The position numbers and the translations under genes are program-made. From Candidatus Zixiibacteriota bacterium (GTDB lineage: Bacteria > Zixibacteria > MSB-5A5 > UBA10806): a DNA stretch of 64,000 nt. Position 1 is the stretch's first letter. Every line of letters starts with the position of its first letter. The notes below the pieces were generated by a model. It saw nothing but the letters and a program-made list of their open reading frames with translations. It did no database searches and was not told where the DNA came from. The DNA is taken from NCBI GenBank assembly GCA_036481315.1, contig JAZGHS010000212.1:22363-86362 (forward strand), read 5' to 3'. Positions 46,577-56,137 of this stretch are shown piece by piece.

Positions 46577-47847
46577 ACAGCTTTCTCTTTCGTTTTTTCA
46601 ATTTCAGCCAGAGATTCTCCTATATATCGCGCCAATCGACTCGCACCGTCAAGCCACAGAAGATTGTCGGCGCGCGCTTCTGCCAGCTTTTCGTCCGGCT
46701 CGGATAATCTCTCCTCGATAGCCTGACCGAGCGATTCAGGTGTTAAATCGTCCGGATGTATAAACCTAATAAGTCCCAGATCTCCAAACCTCTGTGCCCG
46801 GATAAGCTGTTCTTTCCTGTATAATATTCGGGGCACAACTACGGCCTGAGACGCGAAGCTCAAAATATCGGTCATGGTGTTGTATCCGCCCGTGGAGATT
46901 ACCAAGGCGCTTCGTTTCATCAAAGACCCGGGGTCCGAAACATATCTGAAAATACTTGCCCCAACCTCTTCCGCTTGCTTTTGAAAGGCCTCCCATTTCT
47001 CCTGTGATAAAAACGGGCCTGTCAGTATCACGCTTTTATGATCGCTTCTATTCTTCTTACGACGTAATACCTTTAAAAAATCATCGATCACCGTCTCGCC
47101 GCCGTCGCCGCCGCCGATCGTGACCAGCACCAACTTCTCCTGGGCCTCTTCCGGCTCGTTTGAAATAGACCCGTCATTATTATAGGTAGTGATAAATCCG
47201 CAATATCGGGTCTTGAACGCGATATCGTCGGGAAAATCATATTCGGCCACAGGATCGAAAATCGTCGGCATTCCATATATAAATATCCGATTATAAAGAT
47301 TGCGTATTATTTCGAAGATCCCCTGTTTGGTCCAACTTTCTATTGTACTCGATGGGCTGTCCAGGATATCCCTAAGCCCTAAAATAGCCCGCGATTTATC
47401 ATTGTTCGCGGCGATCCATTCCAGGCAGGGAACAATCTCCCTTTTCATCCCCAACGGAGCGTGATCGACAAGGAGAATATGAGGCTCGTAGTTCCTGACC
47501 GTTTCGAGCAATACACTCCTGCGAACCGCCAATATCCTTTTGAAGGTGATTCCAAGATATCTGGCCGCGTAACCCTCATCGTTTACCTTGTGCACCGAAG
47601 GTAACTTGATATAATCGGTACCGTCGGGAATAGTAAACTGATGAGCCTGCGGTGAACCGGTGGCGATTAAGACCGAAAGTTCGGGATAGGCGGCTTTAAG
47701 AGCCGAGGCTATTTTAAGATTCCTGCTCAAATGCCCCAAGCCAAAAGTATCATGAGAATATAACATAACCCGAAAACCGATGCCAACACCGTTGTATAGC
47801 GGTCTCTGTGTCTCGACCGATCGGGTATTTTCTCTTAACCTATCCAA
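46570..47847 (-). CDS. GT-B glycosyltransferase of the MurG/MGT-like (GT28/COG4671-type) family
   Basis: N-terminal MLYSHDTFGLGHLSRNLKIA, a Gly-rich UDP-sugar loop typical of GT28/GT1. Confidence 0.5.
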   Translation of the reverse strand: MDRLRENTRSVETQRPLYNGVGIGFRVMLYSHDTFGLGHLSRNLKIASALKAAYPELSVLIATGSPQAHQFTIPDGTDYIKLPSVHKVNDEGYAARYLGITFKRILAVRRSVLLETVRNYEPHILLVDHAPLGMKREIVPCLEWIAANNDKSRAILGLRDILDSPSSTIESWTKQGIFEIIRNLYNRIFIYGMPTIFDPVAEYDFPDDIAFKTRYCGFITTYNNDGSISNEPEEAQEKLVLVTIGGGDGGETVIDDFLKVLRRKKNRSDHKSVILTGPFLSQEKWEAFQKQAEEVGASIFRYVSDPGSLMKRSALVISTGGYNTMTDILSFASQAVVVPRILYRKEQLIRAQRFGDLGLIRFIHPDDLTPESLGQAIEERLSEPDEKLAEARADNLLWLDGASRLARYIGESLAEIEKTKEKAVC

Positions 47848-47862
47848 AAAGACCTCGGTTTT

Positions 47863-49263
47863 TTATATTTGCCCTATGCTCCGATATTCGAACCCGTAGC
47901 GGCGGATTAATTCCGGAGAGAGTATATTGCGAGCGTCGACAATCTTCTTATGCCTCATAATTTCCCCGGCTTTCTTCCAATCGAATAATTGAAATTCCGA
48001 CCATTCGGTTAATATAACGGCACAATCGACACCATCTAAAGCGTCATACGATGTTTCCGTCACATCAAGATCGGGCAACTGACGTTTGGCATCGACGCCG
48101 GCGGCGGGATCGTAAGCTTTAACGATAAAACCGTTATCCAGAAGCTTCCGCGCTATGGCCATGGCCGGAGAATCACGTAAATCGCTGGTCTCCGCTTTGA
48201 ACGAAAGCCCGAGAATTCCAATTCTCTTCTTTTCGATATCGGTTGTCAGATCCTTGATCTTGGATACCACAAAATCGTGTTGTATAATATTTGCTTTTTT
48301 TACCGCTTCTAATATCAACAAAGGGATACCACGGGAATTACCCAGTCCGGTAAATTCCTGCAGATCCTTGGGAAGGCACGACCCGCCCCACCCGGGACCG
48401 GGGTTTAAAAACTCCGAGCCGATTCTGGAATCCATGCCCATCGCCCGGGCAACCTCTAATACGTCGATACCAACATTATCACAAAGCATTGCCAGCTCGT
48501 TGATAAACCCGATCTTGGTGGCCAGAAAAGCGTTCGACGCGTATTTTATCATCTCGGCCGTCTCATTATTGGTCACTATGGTCGGTGACGGTTTAACCGC
48601 GCCCATCCTGTAAATATGCTGAATGGTATCGATGGCCTCCGATGAATCACCTCCTATTACAATCCGATGGGGATTGAAAAAATCGTAAACCGCGGTCCCC
48701 TCCCGCAAAAACTCGGGGTTACTTATAATCGCTATTTCGCCGTTTTCGCAACCGTTACGCTTCAAAATCTGTTTTAGCTCGGCAGCGGTTCCTATCGGAA
48801 CGGTGCTCCTGATCACCACCACCTGCCCCGGCTTGAGAACCTTACCCAGATTATCAACTATTCCGTAAATAGCGCTTAAATCTGCCCTACCGCTATCGTC
48901 CGACGGTGTGCCTACCGCGATAAACGCTGCCTTCTGTCCCGCAAGAGAATTCTCCAGATCCGACGAGAACGAAAGTCGTCCGCTCTTCACGTTGCTCTTT
49001 ATCAACTCCTCCAGATCTCGCTCAAAAAATGGTAGCCGCCCCTCCTTCAACATAGCCAGTTTGTCGGCGTCCTTCTCCACGCAAACCACATTATGCCCGA
49101 ATTTCGCGAGACCTGCGGCCGTAACACAACCGACGAACCCGGCGCCAATAACGCAAATGTTCACACCGGTCAAAGGCCCGGATAAAGGGGCCGCCGTTTC
49201 GGAAAACTCCTCGGTACGGATATGTGTCGCGTCATTAGATCGTTCATCATCCATCGCCAACAC
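47863..49263 (-). CDS. ugd: NAD-dependent nucleotide-sugar 6-dehydrogenase (UDP-glucose 6-dehydrogenase family)
   Basis: Rossmann motif ICVIGAGFVGCVTAAGLA; catalytic Cys GGSCLPKD. Confidence 0.8.
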   Translation of the reverse strand: MLAMDDERSNDATHIRTEEFSETAAPLSGPLTGVNICVIGAGFVGCVTAAGLAKFGHNVVCVEKDADKLAMLKEGRLPFFERDLEELIKSNVKSGRLSFSSDLENSLAGQKAAFIAVGTPSDDSGRADLSAIYGIVDNLGKVLKPGQVVVIRSTVPIGTAAELKQILKRNGCENGEIAIISNPEFLREGTAVYDFFNPHRIVIGGDSSEAIDTIQHIYRMGAVKPSPTIVTNNETAEMIKYASNAFLATKIGFINELAMLCDNVGIDVLEVARAMGMDSRIGSEFLNPGPGWGGSCLPKDLQEFTGLGNSRGIPLLILEAVKKANIIQHDFVVSKIKDLTTDIEKKRIGILGLSFKAETSDLRDSPAMAIARKLLDNGFIVKAYDPAAGVDAKRQLPDLDVTETSYDALDGVDCAVILTEWSEFQLFDWKKAGEIMRHKKIVDARNILSPELIRRYGFEYRSIGQI

Positions 49264-49527
49264 CTTTCTTTACAATGACGCCCAAAACGTCTCTATTATT
49301 CGAACCTCTATTTATCTCTAGAATCATGCTGCCAATCACCCTGGAGTCGAATTCAGAGTCAAATTAACAAGACAACAATTTAAATCAAGTCTTTTAATTA
49401 AACAAATAGTATGCCAAAAAATAGACTAATTTAACCTATTGCCAATAACAAGTTTATAAAAATCAACGTTTTGAAAATAGTAGTCAACACTAATTAAGTA
49501 TTGTTTATATAAACCAATTGGTTCTTT

Positions 49528-50925
49528 TTAACCGATAATCTTCGTTAATTTCGATATTGAGTGTTTAGTAATTCTATAACGTAGTGCCTCTCTACCAATT
49601 TTCAATTTACGGGCGGCCTCGCTGACATTACCGCCGGAAGATATCAACGCCTGCAGTATTACTTCTTTTTCGATAGATTCAAAATCGATACCTTCTTCAG
49701 GAAAATCGACTCTAATTTTCCCATCATTACTCAACGAAAATGTAGATTTTTCACTTTGAGGGATATTCAGGTCGATCGCCCCTATAGTCGAGCCGCCGGT
49801 AAGAAATATCACCCGTTCGATTAACTGCCTTAATTCCCTCACGTTGCCCGGCCAGTTGTACTCGGTCAGCGCGATGTTGGCGTCGTCGCTTAATTTCTTT
49901 TCCACTCCGTATTTGCGGCAGAATCGTCCCAGAAAATTCACGGCCAGATCAACTATATCCTCTATTCTCTCTCTTAAGGGAGGAACCCGCAAAACGAAAT
50001 TATTGAGCCTGTGGTAGAGATCTTCACGGAAAGCTCTTTTATCTCTCAGATCGCGATTGGTAGCGGCGATCACCCGGACATCAACATCAATATCTCTTAA
50101 CCCGCCGACGTGTCTTATGCTTTTATTCTCAATCGCCTGTAAAAGTTTGACTTGCGCCTCGAGGTTTAAATCGCCGACTTCATTTAGGAAAATCGTCCCC
50201 CCCTCGGCGGTCTCGAAAAGGCCCCGTTTCGATCTGTGGGCGCCGGTAAAAGCTCCTTTTTCGTGGCCGAAAAGTTCCGCCTCCTCCAATCCTTTGGGAA
50301 GACTCGAGCAATTGACCTCGACAAACGGTTTTGAAGAGAGTTTACCTCTGTAGTGGATAATTCTGGCAATCAGGTCTTTGCCGGTTCCGGTTTCGCCGAG
50401 GATTAATACCGGTGGGAACTCCGACGGGGAAGGTAGACTCATGTCCAGAAGTTTATCAATTATCTCCGATACCTCCCGCATCCTGGAGGAGTTGGTGATC
50501 AGCCGATCCTCATCGGTCTTTTCTACTTCTCGGCTATGATAGTATGCGACCTCCTGCTTCAGCCTGGCGTCGGTTAACGCTCTCTCCACCGCGAGGGCAA
50601 GCTCTTCGGTATCCAGCGGTTTACGCAGAAAATCACTGGCCCCGGAACGCATGGCCTCAACCGCCGAGGCCATAGTGCCGAACGCCGTAACCACTATGAC
50701 CGCGGTATCGGGGTCTCGTTGACGGATTTTTTTCATTGCTTCGAAACCGGAAATCCCCGGAAGTTGAAGGTCGACCAGCACAACGTCAGCCGGAAGCTGT
50801 TCGAGCATTTTGAGGCCGTCCTCCGCCGACGCCGCTATCAGGCATTCATGTCCTTTGCCCATAAGAGATCGGGCTAACGATTTCGCCAGTAAAACTTCGT
50901 CTTCTATTATTAAAATCTGAGCCAT
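49528..50925 (-). CDS. sigma54-dependent NtrC-family response regulator (REC-AAA+-HTH)
   Basis: REC domain with DLQLPG; AAA+ motif GETGTGKDLIARIIH; GAFTGA sigma54 contact loop; C-terminal HTH. Confidence 0.85.
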   Translation of the reverse strand: MAQILIIEDEVLLAKSLARSLMGKGHECLIAASAEDGLKMLEQLPADVVLVDLQLPGISGFEAMKKIRQRDPDTAVIVVTAFGTMASAVEAMRSGASDFLRKPLDTEELALAVERALTDARLKQEVAYYHSREVEKTDEDRLITNSSRMREVSEIIDKLLDMSLPSPSEFPPVLILGETGTGKDLIARIIHYRGKLSSKPFVEVNCSSLPKGLEEAELFGHEKGAFTGAHRSKRGLFETAEGGTIFLNEVGDLNLEAQVKLLQAIENKSIRHVGGLRDIDVDVRVIAATNRDLRDKRAFREDLYHRLNNFVLRVPPLRERIEDIVDLAVNFLGRFCRKYGVEKKLSDDANIALTEYNWPGNVRELRQLIERVIFLTGGSTIGAIDLNIPQSEKSTFSLSNDGKIRVDFPEEGIDFESIEKEVILQALISSGGNVSEAARKLKIGREALRYRITKHSISKLTKIIG

Positions 50926-50943
50926 TGCAAATCTACTCTCCGC

Positions 50944-52413
50944 TTACTCCCTTTTATCGTTTGTTGATTTTCGCAACGGCAGTAAAATTTCCACGGTCGT
51001 GCCCTTTCCCGGTTCGCTTTCGAGATTGATTCGTCCTTGGTGAATATCGATAATTCTTTTCGCCTGCGCCAGCCCTAAACCGGTCCCTTTAGCTTTGCTC
51101 GATTCGAATATCTTAAATAGCCTCGGTTTGATATGATTGGGAACGCCGATTCCGTTATCGGTGATTATTATACTAACGCTTTCTCCGTCAGAAAGATTCT
51201 GGTACGCGGTTTTCAGAGAAATCCGGCCGTCATCCGAAATCGCCTGAAATGCGTTGGTGACTATTACCACGATGGCTTGCTCCAATAAAATGCTGTCGAC
51301 CTCGATAGGGGGGATATTTTCCGCAAGGCGCCAGTCAAGTTTGGTGGAGGAGGTCTCGAGCGTTTTCGAGGCGATAGATACCGCTTCGGTCAAGAGCTCA
51401 TTTATATCACGTTTTTCCGGAATATAATCCAGCGGTTTTGCGAACTGCAGAAGACCTTTGAGCCAGCCGTCGAGCCTATCCACTGTCTTGATTATATCAT
51501 CAAGCGATTCCACTGCCGAATCCGGCAAAGAGTCCGTGTCGCTTAATAAAACCTGCACCGCGGCTCTGATACCGGAAAGGGGATTTCGTATATTGTGCGC
51601 GGCGTAAGCCGAGATTTCCCCTATAGCCGCCAAACGTTCATGATCGCTTAGTTTTTGAAGAGTTGATTTAAGCGAGTCGGCCATATCGCCGATAGCGTCG
51701 GCAACCTGCGCCCACTCGTCGTTTCCCTTCAAATCGATTCTGATATCGAGATTACCGTCGCTGATAGATTTTGTAGCATCGTTGACAAGCGCGATAGGTT
51801 TAACCAGCCAGCGTTGTAAAAAGAAGGCTAGTATTATAAACAAAACAATGGCGACAATAGACGTGGTAATAATAATTCCCACAGCCAGCCCGCCGGCGTC
51901 GGTGGCCGCTTTCAGCCATAAATCCTCCTGGGAATAATAATACCTGCTCAGAGCGGTAACGTCCCCGGCCACCTCGTCGGCCATCTCTCTAAGCCTTTCT
52001 CTGGCTTGAACAAAATTCTCTCCGGAAAGGGGTTTGGAGTCGTTTGCGAAAAAACGGTCCATTATCCAAGTGAGTTCGTATTGCGTTTCCTCGAAACCCT
52101 CGATGAAATAGGTTTCATTCTCGGCCAGAGAGTCCGTTTTCAACCGATCGATCAAGGAGGCGGATTCTCTTTGAGTCTCCTCAAACCTCTCCCGGGCGAC
52201 CGAATCGCCGTAGAGATAATCGAGTGCGAAATTTACCTGCAGGAATATATTCGAGCGAAGCCTTTCGGCCACCGCGCTTTTGGAATGTGTCTCGATCAGC
52301 CTGTCCGCGGCGTTACTCCAGCCGGAGACGGCTGATATCGAAATGGCGGAGGCCGCCAGAAAGGCGGCGATAATTAAGCCATAATAAAACAGAAGCTTGG
52401 AACGAATTTTCAT
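50944..52413 (-). CDS. membrane sensor histidine kinase (periplasmic sensor, HAMP, HisKA, HATPase)
   Basis: Two TM helices flank a roughly 150-aa periplasmic domain. H-box AHNIRNPL; G-boxes GIGVP ... GTGLGL. Confidence 0.75.
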   Translation of the reverse strand: MKIRSKLLFYYGLIIAAFLAASAISISAVSGWSNAADRLIETHSKSAVAERLRSNIFLQVNFALDYLYGDSVARERFEETQRESASLIDRLKTDSLAENETYFIEGFEETQYELTWIMDRFFANDSKPLSGENFVQARERLREMADEVAGDVTALSRYYYSQEDLWLKAATDAGGLAVGIIITTSIVAIVLFIILAFFLQRWLVKPIALVNDATKSISDGNLDIRIDLKGNDEWAQVADAIGDMADSLKSTLQKLSDHERLAAIGEISAYAAHNIRNPLSGIRAAVQVLLSDTDSLPDSAVESLDDIIKTVDRLDGWLKGLLQFAKPLDYIPEKRDINELLTEAVSIASKTLETSSTKLDWRLAENIPPIEVDSILLEQAIVVIVTNAFQAISDDGRISLKTAYQNLSDGESVSIIITDNGIGVPNHIKPRLFKIFESSKAKGTGLGLAQAKRIIDIHQGRINLESEPGKGTTVEILLPLRKSTNDKRE

Positions 52414-52532
52414 TTTTCCACCGGGTCGCTTTTCATAATGTCGCTTAAGTTATAGCTATTTTGAATTGGAGATATCAAGCTATAATCGGTATTCGTTGCT
52501 CAGATCGACTTGATTTAATAGATATCGCCATC

Positions 52533-53528
52533 TCAAATATGGAACTCGATTATATCTTTATCCGTGAGAACATAGCTGTTTTTCACTCTCTGCCCCTCGA
52601 ATTTGCCATCACCCCACAACTTGGCGAACTGAAGATCTCTAGCGAAATCCTTATGCAGAGTCCTGGCGGCATCCTCGACTGTCCCGCCTATCGGAAGGAT
52701 TATCGGATCGATAAAATCGGGGTCATCTCCTACGCGTTTGGTGTAAATCCTGATTATCCCCAACGATTCGAATATGGTCGTCATGAAATTCCGCATGGAT
52801 TCATCGTCCAGTATCGACGTGGGCACTATTATAAAATCGGGATAGAGGCGTCTTATCTCCTCGACCCCCTTCTGGCCGCCCTCGTCGAGGCACTTATGCG
52901 CGGCCATAAATGTCTTTTTGTAAGCGAATCTCTGATCCTCGATCTCGTCGGGGATCTCGGCTGTTAGAATGATCCGTTTCTCCTCGAGCTTATTGAAAAT
53001 TTCTTTCAATCTTTCTTCAAAACCGGGCACGCAGATATCGACCACGATACAGACAAGATCGGCCTGGCGCACGAGGTTCGCCAGGTACGATTCGAAATAC
53101 TCTTCGGAAATCGGCGGGGTGTCAATCAGTTCATACTGTACAGTTTCGAATATAGTCATACCGGCCAGCGGTTCCCGTGTGGTATAGGGATAATCGCCAA
53201 TCAACGGTTTCGCGTGTGTGAGTGTGTCGACTATACTCGATTTGCCGGAATTCGGAGCCCCGATCAGGATTATCTGGGCGGCGCCTTCTTTTTCGATATG
53301 AGTATGATCGTCAACCCGACGAGCGCCATGCTTTTTGTCGCCGCCCTGGATTTGCTTATTTAGCGTGGAGATTTTCGCTTTCATCTCGGCCTGAAGCTTA
53401 TCGGTGCCCTTATGCTTGGGCATCATGGCTAAAAGTTCTTTGGCCATACGCAGTTTTTCACGGGGATCGTTTTCTTTTTTGAACTCCCGTTCCAACTCGT
53501 AATATTGCGGTGGTAAATTTGCGGGCAT
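52533..53528 (-). CDS. DRG/Obg-superfamily GTPase with a C-terminal TGS domain (COG1163-like)
   Basis: G1 GAPNSGKSS; G2 YPYTT; G3 DTPP; basic/coiled-coil N-terminus and a TGS-like tail, reminiscent of developmentally regulated GTP-binding proteins. Confidence 0.55.
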   Translation of the reverse strand: MPANLPPQYYELEREFKKENDPREKLRMAKELLAMMPKHKGTDKLQAEMKAKISTLNKQIQGGDKKHGARRVDDHTHIEKEGAAQIILIGAPNSGKSSIVDTLTHAKPLIGDYPYTTREPLAGMTIFETVQYELIDTPPISEEYFESYLANLVRQADLVCIVVDICVPGFEERLKEIFNKLEEKRIILTAEIPDEIEDQRFAYKKTFMAAHKCLDEGGQKGVEEIRRLYPDFIIVPTSILDDESMRNFMTTIFESLGIIRIYTKRVGDDPDFIDPIILPIGGTVEDAARTLHKDFARDLQFAKLWGDGKFEGQRVKNSYVLTDKDIIEFHI

Positions 53529-53689
53529 AAATTGCCTCCCGATTAAATTTAAAAAAAGGAAGGGCCATGTTCAAGCGAAAACGGAGGAAATTTAAAAATA
53601 AGAAAATAGCTGTCCGAAAACGTGCAAATTAACTTGAATTCAATCAATGAAAACCCACATAATACGGAATCCATAGGGGGAGAGTCTTT

Positions 53690-54631
53690 GTGAATAGAAG
53701 GAAATTCATTAAAAATACCTGTTGGAGCGCGATTGCGTTCTCGCTTTTGGATCCCTCCGCGCTATTCGCCGGAAATAAAAGAACTCTCTCTATCACCATG
53801 GACGATCCCAATTTATTTAAAAGGCCTGTCATGCCACCGACGGATCGAAACCTGGCCATATTAAACGCTTTAAAAAACCATAACGATCTCAAGGCCGCTT
53901 TATTTGTCTGCGGAAAGCATATCGACAATCCGAAAGGGAAAAAGCTTCTCGAGTCATGGGATCGTAACGGTCATTTGATCGGAAATCATACTTATTCGCA
54001 TCATCATCTCAATTCGCCGAAGATCGATTCCGATTCTTTTATTGAAGATATAATTCGATGCGAGGAATTAATAAACACATATGGAAGTTTCGCCCGGCTT
54101 TTCAGGTTTCCATTTCTTAAAGAGGGGGAAACGGCCCAAAAGCGCGATCGTATCCGCTCGTTTCTGAAAAAACGGGGATATAAAACCGGCCATGTCACAA
54201 TCGATACGTCGGACTGGTACATCGAACAAAGAATGCGTCAACGTCTCGAAATCGATCCCGACGCCGACGTGGAGCCTTACAGGAATTATTATATCGATCA
54301 CATTTTAAGAGAGGCTGATTTTTATGACGACTTATGCTTGAAGGTTCTGGGATATAGTGTCAAACATACCCTGCTTATACATCATAACATTCTAAACGCT
54401 ATGTTTTTAAGCGATCTATTACTGGCATTGAAGAAGGCGGGATGGTCGCTTATCGATGCTGTCGACGCTTTCGACGATCCGGTATTCGCTCGGGAGCCGG
54501 ATATCGTTCCCGCCGGGGATAGCATCATTATGGCCCTCGCAAATGAAGCGGGAAGGTTCGAGGAATACTTGCGTTATCCGGGAGAGGACGGTAAATATGA
54601 GGAAGCCGGGATGGACGCGCTGGGACTTTAG
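53690..54631 (+). CDS. Tat-signal polysaccharide deacetylase (CE4 / NodB homology)
   Basis: RRKFIK twin-Arg; NodB motifs ITMDD, HTYSH, RFPF. Confidence 0.65.
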   Translation: MNRRKFIKNTCWSAIAFSLLDPSALFAGNKRTLSITMDDPNLFKRPVMPPTDRNLAILNALKNHNDLKAALFVCGKHIDNPKGKKLLESWDRNGHLIGNHTYSHHHLNSPKIDSDSFIEDIIRCEELINTYGSFARLFRFPFLKEGETAQKRDRIRSFLKKRGYKTGHVTIDTSDWYIEQRMRQRLEIDPDADVEPYRNYYIDHILREADFYDDLCLKVLGYSVKHTLLIHHNILNAMFLSDLLLALKKAGWSLIDAVDAFDDPVFAREPDIVPAGDSIIMALANEAGRFEEYLRYPGEDGKYEEAGMDALGL

Positions 54632-54647
54632 CGGAGAGTTTTAGTTT

Positions 54648-56120
54648 ATGAATTCTCGATTAAAAATTACGCTTCGAATCTCTATCGTTTTGATATCTTT
54701 ATACCTGCTCCTCCTTATTCCTGTTTCATCGATCCCGGAACCCGAACCCGGGGCGAAGGAACCGTTTCTATGGAACCAGGACGATTATTTCTCCCTTTTG
54801 GAATCCCTGTTTATAGAAGCCCGTTCCCTGGAACCCGATTCGTTATCGATTCGAATAAATCGGCAATTCGCGGAGATAAAAAAATCGATCAAGAAATTAT
54901 TTTCGGGCTTCTACGATCCCACCGACGTGATATTCGATAATATAGAGATTCAGCTTTTCGAGTTGGCGCCGCTGATCGCTGCCGAACCGGAAAAGTTATT
55001 GGAATTTATCAAGGTTTACGGAACCACCCGGAACGCCGTAAAAGATCAATCCCGTCGATGGGATATGAATACGAAAGAAGCGCGTCATAGGATATACCGT
55101 CTCATGTACGGCGGGCGAGCGGCGGTGGAAGAGGCGATGCTTCAATCCCCGGCCGGAACGTACCCGGCCATGATCCATTCACGCGACGAGCCTTCGGTGA
55201 CACCGTCAACTGAAATACGCGGGGTAACTATTCACAGCGGTGATATCCTGGTCTCACGCGGCGGAGCGCCAACATCGGCCTTGATAGCCCGCGGCAACGA
55301 TTATCCGGGCAATTTTTCGCATGTAGCATTTGTTTATATCGATGAGAAAACGGGCGAGCCGTTAATTATAGAATCGCATATCGAAATCGGGGTTACCGCG
55401 TCCACGGTCGAGCAGTACCTGGGTGATATGAAACTGCGGATAATGGCCCTGCGTTTGCGAGCCGATTTGCCGTCTTTAACCTCCAATCCGATGCTTCCTC
55501 ACAAAGCGGCGATGATAGCTTACGAGAGGGCAAAATCGGAGCATATCGCTTACGATTTCGAAATGGACTATAACGATCCGACGGAACTTTTCTGCTCGGA
55601 GGTGGCGTCGGCACCCTACTCGCGGCTCGGAATAAGATTGTGGGCTGGTATTTCGAACATCTCGAGCCCCGGTGTGCGTTCATGGCTTGCGGCGTTCGGG
55701 GTGAGGTATTTTCAGACACAAGAACCGTCGGATTTGGAATACGATCCCCAGCTTGCCGTGGTAGCCGAGTGGCGCGATCCGGAGACGTTGTATAAAGATC
55801 ATCTTGATAACGCGGTTATCGATATTATGCTGGAAGGAGCCGAAAAGGGTGAACGGCTAAAATACGATTGGTACATGCTTCCCATAGGCAGAATCGCGAA
55901 ATTATACAGCGTTATTTTAAACCGGTTCGGTAAAGCCGGTCCGATTCCCGAAGGGATGAGCGCCGAATCGGCATTGATTAACGATCGGTTTTCCAGGACT
56001 CATACCAAAATCAAAAAAAGCGCCGCAATCCTGGCCAAACAATTCGAAATCGAGAAAGGTTACAGACCGCCGTACTGGGAACTGGTGAGACTTACCCGCG
56101 AAGCGAAAGAGACTCAATAG
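54648..56120 (+). CDS. membrane-anchored hypothetical protein, possibly a permuted papain-like (YiiX/C92-type) hydrolase
   Basis: N-terminal TM helix; GDILVSRGGAPTSALIARG...FSHVAFVY resembles the permuted NlpC/P60 Cys/His arrangement. Confidence 0.3.
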   Translation: MNSRLKITLRISIVLISLYLLLLIPVSSIPEPEPGAKEPFLWNQDDYFSLLESLFIEARSLEPDSLSIRINRQFAEIKKSIKKLFSGFYDPTDVIFDNIEIQLFELAPLIAAEPEKLLEFIKVYGTTRNAVKDQSRRWDMNTKEARHRIYRLMYGGRAAVEEAMLQSPAGTYPAMIHSRDEPSVTPSTEIRGVTIHSGDILVSRGGAPTSALIARGNDYPGNFSHVAFVYIDEKTGEPLIIESHIEIGVTASTVEQYLGDMKLRIMALRLRADLPSLTSNPMLPHKAAMIAYERAKSEHIAYDFEMDYNDPTELFCSEVASAPYSRLGIRLWAGISNISSPGVRSWLAAFGVRYFQTQEPSDLEYDPQLAVVAEWRDPETLYKDHLDNAVIDIMLEGAEKGERLKYDWYMLPIGRIAKLYSVILNRFGKAGPIPEGMSAESALINDRFSRTHTKIKKSAAILAKQFEIEKGYRPPYWELVRLTREAKETQ

Positions 56121-56137
56121 CAGAATGGATTTATAAG

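Noticed and set aside
49264-49527. Canonical sigma54 promoter (TGGCAC-N5-TTGCA) for the ugd-GT operon
   Set aside because: Not found by eye on the minus strand. Only weak partial matches, so none is annotated as a feature.
52461-52967. 168-aa plus-strand ORF
   Set aside because: Antisense to the GTPase gene, which has clear G1-G3 motifs.
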